Source: Desulfuromonas sp. SDB (lineage in GTDB: Bacteria; SDB-A). From it: DNA of 64,000 bases. The notes beneath the pieces are model-generated. The model saw only the letters and a program-made list of their open reading frames with translations. It did no database searches and was not told the DNA's origin. Below are positions 28,442 through 37,646 of this stretch, piece after piece. A program made the translations under genes and the position numbers. The stretch lies in NCBI GenBank assembly GCA_001412365.1, contig LKUE01000319.1:2264-66263 (forward strand), given 5' to 3'. The stretch's first letter is position 1, and every line of letters starts with the position of its first letter.

Positions 28442-29728
28442 TTGGATGCAATGTCAGTAACTGCTGTGGTCGGAGCAAATTGGGGAGATGAAGGAAAAGG
28501 TAAAATGACAGATTACCTGGCTCAGAAATCAGATATTGTAGTAAGATTTCAGGGTGGTAATAATGCCGGTCATACTATCATAAATAAATTTGGTAAATTT
28601 GCCCTCCATCTTCTTCCTTCCGGAATATTTTATCCCCATGTAACCAATATTCTGGGACCAGGCATTGCTCTGAATATACAAGCATTTTTTGATGAGTTAA
28701 ATTCCCTCCTAAACAGAGATATTCCCAAGCCAAAAATCTATATTTCAAATCGAGCCCAGATATTGATGCCCTACCACCTGCTCTTCGACCAACTGGAGGA
28801 ACAAAGGCTTGCCGATAAGAAATTTGGCTCAACTAAGTCGGGAATAGCTCCTTTTTATGCAGATAAGTATCACAAAATCGGAATTTCAGTCTCCCACCTG
28901 GAGCATCCAGAATACCTGCGAGAACGGTTGGAATCAATAATTCAGCCCAAAAATGTAATTTTAAAACATCTGTACAATCATCCTCCATTATCCCCCCAGG
29001 AAATTTACCAGCAGCTCATGAGTTTTAAACCGCAGCTTGACCCACTGATAATTGATACCCAGAAGTTATTTTACCAAGCCCTTAAGCAAAATAAATCAAT
29101 ACTAATAGAGGGGCAGCTGGGAGCATTGAGAGATCCGGATCATGGAATTTATCCATATTCAACTTCATCTTCTCCTCTTGCCGGATATGCCTCGGTGGGA
29201 GCAGGAATCCCCCCTTATCAAATCAACCAGGTGATAGGGGTGGTCAAAGCCTATTCCACCTGTGTGGGGGCAGGTCCCTTGGTCACTGAATTATTTGGAG
29301 AACAGGCAGATCAACTCAGAAATAAGGGGGGAGACAGCGGGGAATATGGAGCAACCACAGGAAGACCGAGAAGAGTGGGGTGGTTTGATGCCGTGGCTAC
29401 AAGATACGGATGCAGGGTACAAGGAGCTACCGAAGTGGCGTTAACTCTTGTGGATGTTTTGGGTTACCTGGAGGAGATAAAAATTTGCACCGGCTATGAT
29501 ATTCAGGGAACGGTAACTGATGATTTTCCTGCCACTATCCATTTAGATAAAGCTGCTCCGGTTTATCAATCGTTCCAAGGATGGAAAGAGGACATCTCCT
29601 CAATCAGGGATTATAAAAAACTTCCAACATCCTGCCGGGATTATGTCGGCTTTATTCAGGATTATCTGGGAATTCCCATAAAATGGATTTCAGTAGGACC
29701 TCACCGGGAAAATCTTATTAAAATTTAA
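28442..29728 (+). CDS. purA: adenylosuccinate synthetase
   Basis: GANWGDEGKGK P-loop, GGNNAGHT, TTGRPRR motifs. Confidence 0.93.
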   Translation: MDAMSVTAVVGANWGDEGKGKMTDYLAQKSDIVVRFQGGNNAGHTIINKFGKFALHLLPSGIFYPHVTNILGPGIALNIQAFFDELNSLLNRDIPKPKIYISNRAQILMPYHLLFDQLEEQRLADKKFGSTKSGIAPFYADKYHKIGISVSHLEHPEYLRERLESIIQPKNVILKHLYNHPPLSPQEIYQQLMSFKPQLDPLIIDTQKLFYQALKQNKSILIEGQLGALRDPDHGIYPYSTSSSPLAGYASVGAGIPPYQINQVIGVVKAYSTCVGAGPLVTELFGEQADQLRNKGGDSGEYGATTGRPRRVGWFDAVATRYGCRVQGATEVALTLVDVLGYLEEIKICTGYDIQGTVTDDFPATIHLDKAAPVYQSFQGWKEDISSIRDYKKLPTSCRDYVGFIQDYLGIPIKWISVGPHRENLIKI

Positions 29729-29741
29729 ACAGGGAGTCAAC

Positions 29742-30557
29742 ATGAGTTCAGTTAGTTTTAAACGAAAACCAGTCAATTTAGCAGGCAGCCGGGTAGAGAT
29801 TGGAGATAGTGCCCCACCGTTTAAAGCAATCAGCAATGATCTGAAATTATTTAAATTAACTGACTTAACTTCTGCTTATAAAATTATTACCAGTTTCCCC
29901 TCCCTGGATACTCCGGTTTGCGACCTGCAAGTAAAACAATTCAATCAGGATGCTGCTGAATTATCCGATGAAGTAACCGTGGTGGGGATAAGCAAAGACC
30001 TTCCCTTTGCCCAGCAGAGGTTTTGTTCCATGAATGAAATTAAAAATGTTCAGGTGGTATCAGATTACCGGTTTACTTCCTTCGGCTATCATTATGGAGT
30101 TTTAATCGAGGAACTTAATCTCTTAGCCCGTACTGTTTTTATCCTGGATTCTAAAAATATAATTAGATACATTCAGATAGTAGATGAAATTACCCATCAG
30201 CCTGATTACCAGGATGTTCTAGACAAATTAAATGAGATTATTTCTCAAACAAAGGAATCTGCCGACGCGGCAGCTTCTTCCGTTCCATTAAATAATATTC
30301 AGGATATTACCGGGCAATTTAAACGTTGGGAATTAAGCGACAATTTTAAAATAAAAGCTACTTTTATTTTGCCTCCTTCTAAATCACCCCGTTTTATGGT
30401 TAAAGCAATTTTGGTGATATCCGAACAATATGAAATTCAACCTTTTATGACTTACCAGGAAGATAAATTAGTTCTGGAATTGTCTGATTTAAAGGAAGTT
30501 GAGATTAACCAAAATTTACTGAATTTTGTGAAAGCAGTTGACCGCCTTAAAATTTAA
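29742..30557 (+). CDS. tpx: thiol peroxidase (Tpx, atypical 2-Cys peroxiredoxin) fused to an uncharacterised ~100-aa C-terminal domain
   Basis: Tpx signature SFPSLDTPVCDLQ with the resolving Cys in the FCS region; the Tpx core is ~165 aa but the ORF is 271 aa. Confidence 0.7.
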   Translation: MSSVSFKRKPVNLAGSRVEIGDSAPPFKAISNDLKLFKLTDLTSAYKIITSFPSLDTPVCDLQVKQFNQDAAELSDEVTVVGISKDLPFAQQRFCSMNEIKNVQVVSDYRFTSFGYHYGVLIEELNLLARTVFILDSKNIIRYIQIVDEITHQPDYQDVLDKLNEIISQTKESADAAASSVPLNNIQDITGQFKRWELSDNFKIKATFILPPSKSPRFMVKAILVISEQYEIQPFMTYQEDKLVLELSDLKEVEINQNLLNFVKAVDRLKI

Positions 30558-30572
30558 CTGGATAAGATAAAT

Positions 30573-31205
30573 ATGGCTAAAACTCAGTGTTTCGATGATT
30601 ATGTTGACCGATATGAACAGTGGTTTAAAGATTATTCCTGGGTTTATCAAACCGAATTAAACGCTCTTTCCTCCCTGAATATAGATAAGGGGGAGGGCAT
30701 TGAAATCGGAACCGGGACCGGCTTATTTGCTCAGCCCCTGGGGATAAAATGGGGAGTGGAGCCTTCCCCGGAAATGCTCAAAATAGCTAAAAACAGGGGA
30801 GTTAATACAATCAGAGGTATAGCCGAGCAACTTCCTCTGAAAGCACAGAGTTTCGATGTGGTACTGCTGGTAACGGTAGTGTGTTTTTTAGATGATATAA
30901 ATGCGGGGTTTAAGGAATGCCGGAGAATTTTAAAACCAGGGGGAAGGTTGGTGGTCGGTTTTGTAGATGCAGACAGCCCTCTGGGCAAACTGTATCAGAA
31001 ATTCAAAAATGACAATGTTTTTTACCGTTTGGCTGAATTTCAATCGGTTAACCGCATTGCCAAGATAATGCAAAATAATAAATTTAAGCTCATCTCGGTA
31101 AGGCAGACTGTATTCGGAGAATTAGATCAGATTAAGGATATCCAGGAGTACCGATCCGGTCATGGAGAAGGAGGTTTTGCAGTAATGGAGGTTTCGCCTG
31201 TCTAA
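30573..31205 (+). CDS. class I SAM-dependent methyltransferase (UbiE/COQ5-like, type 11)
   Basis: Motif I IEIGTGTG and motif post-I; 210 aa; 3 nt upstream of larE. Confidence 0.7.
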   Translation: MAKTQCFDDYVDRYEQWFKDYSWVYQTELNALSSLNIDKGEGIEIGTGTGLFAQPLGIKWGVEPSPEMLKIAKNRGVNTIRGIAEQLPLKAQSFDVVLLVTVVCFLDDINAGFKECRRILKPGGRLVVGFVDADSPLGKLYQKFKNDNVFYRLAEFQSVNRIAKIMQNNKFKLISVRQTVFGELDQIKDIQEYRSGHGEGGFAVMEVSPV

Positions 31206-31207
31206 TT

Positions 31208-31993
31208 ATGGAACTTTATAATAAATACCGGCAGCTTAAAGCTCTATTTGAGCAGATGGATGGAGCAATAATTGCTTATTCGGGAGGAGTGGACAGCACC
31301 TTAGTGCTGAAAGCAGGGCTGGATGTTATTCCCCGCAGGATAATTCCCGTAATGATATTTTCCGATGCTCAACCACTCGTTCAGTGGCAACGGGCATCAG
31401 CTGTTGCCCATCATTTAGGAACCAGGCTGTTCTGTTTACATTTAGATCCATTGTCATTACCCCAAGTTCAAGCTAATAACAACCGCCGGTGTTATTTCTG
31501 CAAAAAACTAATATTTGAAAATCTACGAAAACTTGCCCATTTGTTAAATATCCGGAATATCCTGGAAGGAACTAATGCTGATGACTTAAGGAGATACCGT
31601 CCGGGAAAGGATTGTTTAATTGAACTAAATGTCCGCAGTCCATTGGTGGAGACCAATTGGAGTTCACCGCAAATTAGAAAAATGCTGGAATTACTACACA
31701 TCCCTAATTGGAACACTCCATCCCAATCTTGTCTGATTACCCGTATTCCCTACGGGCAAAAACCTACTGCACAGAGAATGTGGAGGGTTGAACAAGCGGA
31801 GGAATATATCAGATCCCTGGGTATAGAGGTAGTCAGAGTTAGGGACCATGATCAGCTGGCTAGAATTGAAATATTAAGAGATGATTTTAATAAATTTTTT
31901 CATTATCAGATTTACTCGGAGATAAATACAAACTTGAAAAAAATTGGCTACAGTTATGTAACTGTGGATTTACAACCTTACCACCCATGGTAG
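31208..31993 (+). CDS. larE: ATP-dependent sacrificial sulfur transferase LarE (nickel-pincer nucleotide cofactor biosynthesis)
   Basis: PP-loop AYSGGVDSTLVLK; aligns by eye to L. plantarum LarE, including RYRPGKD, WNTPSQSCLITRIPYG (sacrificial Cys) and VRVRDHDQLARIE. Confidence 0.75.
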   Translation: MELYNKYRQLKALFEQMDGAIIAYSGGVDSTLVLKAGLDVIPRRIIPVMIFSDAQPLVQWQRASAVAHHLGTRLFCLHLDPLSLPQVQANNNRRCYFCKKLIFENLRKLAHLLNIRNILEGTNADDLRRYRPGKDCLIELNVRSPLVETNWSSPQIRKMLELLHIPNWNTPSQSCLITRIPYGQKPTAQRMWRVEQAEEYIRSLGIEVVRVRDHDQLARIEILRDDFNKFFHYQIYSEINTNLKKIGYSYVTVDLQPYHPW

Positions 31994-31997
31994 AGTT

Positions 31998-32753
31998 ATG
32001 AACCTTGATCTTTTAGAAAATATTTTACAGCAAGTGAGAGCAGGAAAATTACCGGTGGATAAAGCATTACAGGAATTATCAACATGGGGATACTTGGATC
32101 TTGGTTTTGCTAAATTAGATTTAGACAGACAGAGAAGAGTGGGCTTTCCGGAAGTGGTTTACGGCAAAGGTAAAACGGTTGATCAGATAATTGAAATAGT
32201 TAAATCGCTTTATCAACATCATTCCATGGCAGTGGTTACCAAAGTTAATGAAGATATTGCCAGTTCACTAACTTCCTGCCAGCTTCCAGTGAAATATTAC
32301 CATCAGGCAAAAATAATTTTAGTGGGTGAACCTAGACCGGTAAAATCCCCTCCTGCGGTGGCGGTAATTACCGGGGGAACTGCAGATATACCTGTAGCTG
32401 AGGAAGCAGCAGTTATTTGTGAAATTTATGGGAATGAAGTGGTGAGAATATATGACGCAGGAGTTGCTGGCATTCACCGTTTAATCAATAATTTAGAAAA
32501 GATAAACCAGGCGGGAATTATCATTGTGGTAGCGGGGATGGAAGGGGCATTGGGCAGCATTGTGGGCGGTCTGACTCCCCGTCCGGTAATTGCAGTTCCC
32601 ACCAGTGTGGGATACGGAGCTAATTTTCATGGATTAGCTGCTCTGTTAACTATGCTGAATTCCTGTGCTCCGGGAGTGGCGGTAGTAAATATTGACAATG
32701 GTTTCGGAGCGGGAGTTTTTGCAGCCATGGTCAATCAAGGATTAGTTAAATGA
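31998..32753 (+). CDS. larB: pyridinium-3,5-biscarboxylic acid mononucleotide synthase LarB (PurE-like)
   Basis: C-terminal PurE/AIR-carboxylase-like domain (VAVITGGTADIPVAEEA...IIVVAGMEGALGSIVGG) plus the LarB N-terminal domain. Confidence 0.7.
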   Translation: MNLDLLENILQQVRAGKLPVDKALQELSTWGYLDLGFAKLDLDRQRRVGFPEVVYGKGKTVDQIIEIVKSLYQHHSMAVVTKVNEDIASSLTSCQLPVKYYHQAKIILVGEPRPVKSPPAVAVITGGTADIPVAEEAAVICEIYGNEVVRIYDAGVAGIHRLINNLEKINQAGIIIVVAGMEGALGSIVGGLTPRPVIAVPTSVGYGANFHGLAALLTMLNSCAPGVAVVNIDNGFGAGVFAAMVNQGLVK

Positions 32754-33937
32754 TTAAGGGGTATTTTCACTGTTTCTCCGGAGTTAGCGGAGATATGCTG
32801 GTGGGAGCTTTTCTAGATTCAGGGGTGGAATTAACTGAGTTGCAATCCGAATTATCTAAACTAAAACTGACCGGATATCGAATTTATTCAGAAAAGGTGC
32901 TGAAAAATGGACTGGGGGGCACTAAGTTTAAAGTAGAAGCGGCACAGGATCATCCCTTTCGGAATTTAAATGATATTCTTAATTTAATAGAACAAAGCGG
33001 TTTATCCAAGTCAGTTAAGCAAAAATCAGTAAAGACCTTTGAACTTCTGGGGGAAATAGAGTCGGGAATTCATGGTTGTGATATCGGAAAAATTCATTTT
33101 CATGAAATTGGAGCAGTGGATTCAATTATTGATATAGTAAGTGTTTTTATCTGTGATCAACTTTCAGGCATTGATCAGTATTACTGTTCAAAAATACATA
33201 TTGGCACCGGTTTCACCAATTGTGATCATGGTCTTATTCCCCTGCCCTCTCCCGCCACCTCTGCTTTATTGAGGGGACTGCCCACTTTTAGCCTGGGCAT
33301 ACCGGGGGAATTAGCTACTCCCACCGGCGCCGCCCTGTTGAAAATCTTAGTGGATGAGTTTGACCGTTATCCTGCCATGATTATAAAGGATACCGGTTAC
33401 GGAGCAGGTTCCCGGGATTTAAAAACCCCCAATTTATTGAGATTGATAATTGGTGAATCAAGCGAAGATATGGCAGGCAATGGTTTTCAGACCGATCAGA
33501 TTGTTTTAGTCCAGGCAAATATTGACGATATGAATCCTGAATACTACCACTTGGTTATGGATAAGCTGGAGCAAGCAGGGACAGTGGATGTATTTCTGGA
33601 ACAGGTGATCATGAAAAATTCCCGTCCCGGAGTGATCTTGAATGTATTAGTAGAAGAACAAAATCTACTGCCGGTGGGTAATGTAATTCTCCGGGAAACG
33701 TCCACTTTTGGATTGAGATTCCAAAAGCTAAATAGATTTAAGCTGGTTAGAAAAATCAAAGAAGTGAAAACTGATTATGGTCCCATAAAAGTCAAACTAG
33801 GTTTAATTGGAGATGATCTTATTAAAATTGCGCCTGAATACCGGGACTGCAGACGAATTTCAATTGAACATAATATACCTTTAGATGAAGTTTATCAATT
33901 GGCTAAAAGTAAATTTAACCAGGAACATAAGATATGA
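32750..33937 (+). CDS. larC: nickel insertion protein LarC (DUF111)
   Basis: N-terminal HCFSGVSGDMLVGAFLDSG matches the LarC/DUF111 signature; 395 aa single-polypeptide form; 4-nt overlap with larB. Confidence 0.75.
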   Translation: MIKGYFHCFSGVSGDMLVGAFLDSGVELTELQSELSKLKLTGYRIYSEKVLKNGLGGTKFKVEAAQDHPFRNLNDILNLIEQSGLSKSVKQKSVKTFELLGEIESGIHGCDIGKIHFHEIGAVDSIIDIVSVFICDQLSGIDQYYCSKIHIGTGFTNCDHGLIPLPSPATSALLRGLPTFSLGIPGELATPTGAALLKILVDEFDRYPAMIIKDTGYGAGSRDLKTPNLLRLIIGESSEDMAGNGFQTDQIVLVQANIDDMNPEYYHLVMDKLEQAGTVDVFLEQVIMKNSRPGVILNVLVEEQNLLPVGNVILRETSTFGLRFQKLNRFKLVRKIKEVKTDYGPIKVKLGLIGDDLIKIAPEYRDCRRISIEHNIPLDEVYQLAKSKFNQEHKI

Positions 33938-34518
33938 AAAAATTTTTAAATCAATCCTATCAGACTGCTTTTAAAGCTTTACAGAATTTCATAGAAGATG
34001 AAAAAAATATTGACCAGACCGGGAAAATTTCAGAACTGATTGCTCAAGCATTTCACCGAGGAAACAAAGTTTTGATTTGTGGCAACGGAGGCAGCCTTTG
34101 TGATGCAGCCCATTTTGCTGAAGAATTTACCGGGAGGTACCGGAAAAACCGCAGAGCATTGCCGGTAATTGCTATTGCTGATCCTGCTCATCTAACCTGC
34201 AGTGGCAATGACTACGGATTTGAAAATATTTTCTCCCGGGGAGTGGAGGCTTACGGTAGTTCTCAGGATGTACTAATTGTTCTGTCTACAAGCGGTAATT
34301 CCCCCAACATTATCCAGGCAGTTAATAAGGCGGAACAAATGAATATAACTACAGTGGGTTTACTGGGAAAAGATGGAGGGAAACTGGTTGACCGCTGTGA
34401 TTATCAATTTGTGGTGGGTGAACAGACCTCTGATCGAATTCAAGAAATACACATGGTAATACTGCATATTATAATTGAAGGAGTGGAAAGGATCCTTTTT
34501 CCTGAAAATTATGTTTAA
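33934..34518 (+). CDS. gmhA: phosphoheptose isomerase (SIS domain)
   Basis: Close by-eye alignment to E. coli GmhA over its full length (VLICGNGGSLCDAAHFAEEFTGRYRKNR, STSGNSPNI, DRIQEIHM). Confidence 0.85.
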   Translation: MKKFLNQSYQTAFKALQNFIEDEKNIDQTGKISELIAQAFHRGNKVLICGNGGSLCDAAHFAEEFTGRYRKNRRALPVIAIADPAHLTCSGNDYGFENIFSRGVEAYGSSQDVLIVLSTSGNSPNIIQAVNKAEQMNITTVGLLGKDGGKLVDRCDYQFVVGEQTSDRIQEIHMVILHIIIEGVERILFPENYV

Positions 34519-34533
34519 CTGTAAAAATTCTTA

Positions 34534-35001
34534 ATGATTAAATATAACTACATCTGTACAGCCCTGGGATGGATTTTAATATCCGCTGAGCATCAACAGG
34601 TGAAAAGTATAAGTTTTTGGGATAGTATTCCTGCTTGTGAAAAATTCAATGACAGTTTTTTAGATTTCTGCACCGGTCAGATTCAGGATTATCTTGCCGG
34701 AAAATTAAACAAATTTAATCTTGGATATAATTTAGGGGGAACGGAATTTGATCAGCAGGTGTACCGTAAAGTGAATTTAATTCCCTTTGGTAAAGTTAAA
34801 AGTTATGAGGATATTGCGGTTGAACTGGGAGATAAAAATTTATCCAGGGCGGTGGGCAATGCCAACAGAAGGAATCCTCTTCCCTTAATTATTCCCTGTC
34901 ACCGCATCATTAAAAAAAATGGCGATCCCGGTGGGTACAGTGGAGGGGGGTGGAGGAAAAGATGGCTGCTCCAACATGAGAGTAAATTTTTTAATAACTA
35001 A
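34534..35001 (+). CDS. ogt: methylated-DNA--protein-cysteine methyltransferase
   Basis: Active-site PCHRII motif and the C-terminal winged-helix DNA-binding region. Confidence 0.8.
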   Translation: MIKYNYICTALGWILISAEHQQVKSISFWDSIPACEKFNDSFLDFCTGQIQDYLAGKLNKFNLGYNLGGTEFDQQVYRKVNLIPFGKVKSYEDIAVELGDKNLSRAVGNANRRNPLPLIIPCHRIIKKNGDPGGYSGGGWRKRWLLQHESKFFNN

Positions 35002-35006
35002 CCACC

Positions 35007-35759
35007 GTGAACAGACAGCAAATTATCGAATTCAAACAATTATTATCTCGCACTGAAAAAATAGTCGGATTTACCGGGGCAGGAGTCAGCACGGAATCAG
35101 GAATCCCCGATTACCGAAGCGCAGGGGGGATATGGGATAGATTTAAACCGGTGACCATTGATGAATTTATGTCCAGCGAACAGAAAAGGATTCAATATTG
35201 GCAGCGAAAAGTGATATTATGGGAACAAATTAGCCGGGCAAAACCTGGTAAAACCCATGTTTTTTTTAAACAACTGTATGACCGGCAAAGATTAAATGGG
35301 CTGATTACTCAGAATATTGACGGTTTGCATGAAACAAGCGGCTTGCCGGATGAATTGATAGTTAATCTTCATGGAACAAATTTATCTACTATTTGTATGT
35401 CCTGCGGTAAAAAATTTCCTTCATCTATCCTGTTTAAACACTTAGATTTAACTAAAGGATCCCCCCGCTGTGAAATTTGTGACGGCTATTTAAAACCTGA
35501 TACCATTTCTTTTGGTCAACAACTGGATCCAGTGAATTTGAAAAGAGCCACTTTTTTTTCTCAACATTGCCAGCTGATGATAGTGGCGGGAAGTTCACTG
35601 GTGGTTCAACCTGCTGCTTCCTTTCCCCTGATCGCTAAACAAAGCGGAGCAAGACTTGCAATAATTACTATCTCTGAAACTCCTCTGGATGTTTACGCAG
35701 ATTTTCTGTTTAAAATAAAATTAGGTGAATTTTGGGATATTTATGAACAGGAGAATTAA
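35007..35759 (+). CDS. cobB: NAD-dependent protein deacylase (sirtuin, CobB-type with Zn ribbon)
   Basis: GAGVSTESGIPDYRS, QNIDGLH and a CxxC...CxxC zinc module. Confidence 0.88.
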   Translation: MNRQQIIEFKQLLSRTEKIVGFTGAGVSTESGIPDYRSAGGIWDRFKPVTIDEFMSSEQKRIQYWQRKVILWEQISRAKPGKTHVFFKQLYDRQRLNGLITQNIDGLHETSGLPDELIVNLHGTNLSTICMSCGKKFPSSILFKHLDLTKGSPRCEICDGYLKPDTISFGQQLDPVNLKRATFFSQHCQLMIVAGSSLVVQPAASFPLIAKQSGARLAIITISETPLDVYADFLFKIKLGEFWDIYEQEN

Positions 35760-35767
35760 AACCTCTA

Positions 35768-36022
35768 ATGACTGGTAATGTAAATTCAGCCGCTGATTCA
35801 AAGCCTAAATGGTATTATTCCAGATGGGGAGTGCTGTTGCTGTTGTTTTTAATTGCAGGTCCCCTGGGCTTGCCCTTTTTATTTAAAAGTGAACAATTTA
35901 GCAAATTTTGGAAAATTGTTATTACTTTTATCACCGCAGTTTACTTTGTAACAATAATTATTCTGTTGATAAGTTTGGAGTTGTGGTTTGTGCATCGGAT
36001 TGTCTGTCTGCAATACTCCTAA
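35768..36022 (+). CDS. small two-TM membrane protein, hypothetical
   Basis: 84 aa with two clear hydrophobic helices; follows cobB by 8 nt. Confidence 0.4.
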   Translation: MTGNVNSAADSKPKWYYSRWGVLLLLFLIAGPLGLPFLFKSEQFSKFWKIVITFITAVYFVTIIILLISLELWFVHRIVCLQYS

Positions 36023-37638
36023 GTTTTTACCTTTATGTTTTTAAAAAATTTATTCAGTTCCCATCCCCAAAAAGGTAACAGAGGAATTGAAATCACCACT
36101 ACAGAAAGGATGAGAGTGGTGTGACTGCCGGACCGCAGCCCCGGCCAGTTGAATATAAATAAATCTGCAGTGAGATGCGATATTATTACAGTTAACAAGT
36201 CGTATTTTATATAAATTATCCCCCATACCAATCCCACCAGAATCATCATAACTGCTCTTCCCCAGACTGGTTTTTGAGGAGGGAGGAAAGTTAAACTGGC
36301 ATGAGTCAAGCCGTAAATAATGGAAGTTATGAACAGGGCAATCCAGGTATGTTTGGTAAGTTTAGTTAACCAAGTTATCCCGAAAGCACGGTATCCGAAT
36401 TCTTCTATAACTGCGATGAGGATGAAATATAGTAATGAGGTCAGGGCGGGAATATTGGAATTTAATATATAAAGATAAAACCCCCGGGGCTGAACTGAAA
36501 TATGTACCGGGGATAATAAGTTGATCATAAGGATAGCTCCGCTGATCATCCCTCCGCAGATTAATCCCACCAGAAAACCTCTTGCCGAGCTTAATCCAAC
36601 CTGGGGATAAAATATTTTTCCCCGAGTCAATTTCCAAAAAGATTCAGTTTTATCCCGGTTGGTGATTAAATATTCGGCTGCCCCCACTAAAGCCAGCAAC
36701 AGTAGTAATACCGGAAAATCTGAAATAAATAAGTACACTATGGTTTGCACATAACTTAACCATTTGGGGACCAGGGGATTCCAAGATCTGAATAATAATG
36801 ATTGCTGAAAAAGATTGGTTAGCAGCCAGCACAGGGAAATGATAAGCACAACCGATAAAACCCTGTTTACCGGCAAACGTCTTTGGTGAAGGGATGTTAA
36901 CAGCAGAATAAATGCATAAATGCCTCCTGCTAACATTAAAATCATTCCAAATATTCTTAAACTGTCCTGAAAGGATAAATCAGCACGGCGTAGCTTTTTC
37001 CAAGAGGAGGGAATGTTAATGTTGCGCTGAATCAGGGAAATCTTATTACCGGCAAGTCCGTAAGTTTCTTCCTGATTGATTAAAAAAACAGAAAAGCTGT
37101 CCCTGCCGAAGAAAAATTGATAATCAGTGCGATGAGGTAATTCTCTTATGGAATAACCTTTTTGGTTAAGAGAGGGTGTATCTGCCAGAAAAAAAGATAT
37201 CAGCCGGAAAGCTTTGTCAACACTAATACGAGCTCCGGGATGATCATAAGGCAATGAAATCTGGGAAGATATGATATCTAAATTTTTATTGAAGGATATA
37301 AAGAAAACAGTCTGTTCTCCTTGCTTTTTAAATAAAATATTGTAGCGGAAGGGACTAATATTGGAATTTATTAACTGATTTATTAACTTTCCGGGATAAC
37401 ATGATTCTAAAAAATCCAGCTCATCTTCCCTTACTTCAAGGTATACTTCGTGATCATAGCCGTTTAAGTCATACCCGTTTGAATTGAAATAAAAACAAGC
37501 CCGGTTGTAAATCTGGCGGTGATCAGGATATAAATTTACTTCAGGCATCGGCCACAGTTCATCAATAAATAAAAATAAAACCAAGCCAAAGCAAACTGCC
37601 AAAATAGTTAGAACAATAAATTCAGATTTAAATTTCAT
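36019..37638 (-). CDS. CPBP (CAAX protease/Abi, PF02517) intramembrane metalloprotease with an N-terminal signal anchor and a ~200-aa ectodomain
   Basis: C-terminal CPBP motifs EExxxR (AVIEEFGYRAF), FxxxH (IIYGLTHA) and a distal HxxxD/N helix; multiple TMs; 539 aa. Confidence 0.75.
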   Translation of the reverse strand: MKFKSEFIVLTILAVCFGLVLFLFIDELWPMPEVNLYPDHRQIYNRACFYFNSNGYDLNGYDHEVYLEVREDELDFLESCYPGKLINQLINSNISPFRYNILFKKQGEQTVFFISFNKNLDIISSQISLPYDHPGARISVDKAFRLISFFLADTPSLNQKGYSIRELPHRTDYQFFFGRDSFSVFLINQEETYGLAGNKISLIQRNINIPSSWKKLRRADLSFQDSLRIFGMILMLAGGIYAFILLLTSLHQRRLPVNRVLSVVLIISLCWLLTNLFQQSLLFRSWNPLVPKWLSYVQTIVYLFISDFPVLLLLLALVGAAEYLITNRDKTESFWKLTRGKIFYPQVGLSSARGFLVGLICGGMISGAILMINLLSPVHISVQPRGFYLYILNSNIPALTSLLYFILIAVIEEFGYRAFGITWLTKLTKHTWIALFITSIIYGLTHASLTFLPPQKPVWGRAVMMILVGLVWGIIYIKYDLLTVIISHLTADLFIFNWPGLRSGSHTTLILSVVVISIPLLPFWGWELNKFFKNIKVKT

Positions 37639-37646
37639 TATCTAAT

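Noticed and set aside
28442-28451. Alternative purA start (ATG at 28451, MSVTAVV…) against the ORF-track start at 28442
   Set aside because: Both are compatible with the AAGGAG box. I kept the longer ORF and did not resolve the choice.
35007-35759. Sirtuin as a defence (Thoeris/DSR-type SIR2) effector
   Set aside because: It is a compact 250-aa CobB with a canonical Zn ribbon and no extra sensor or effector domains, sitting between ogt and housekeeping genes. Most simply a protein deacylase.
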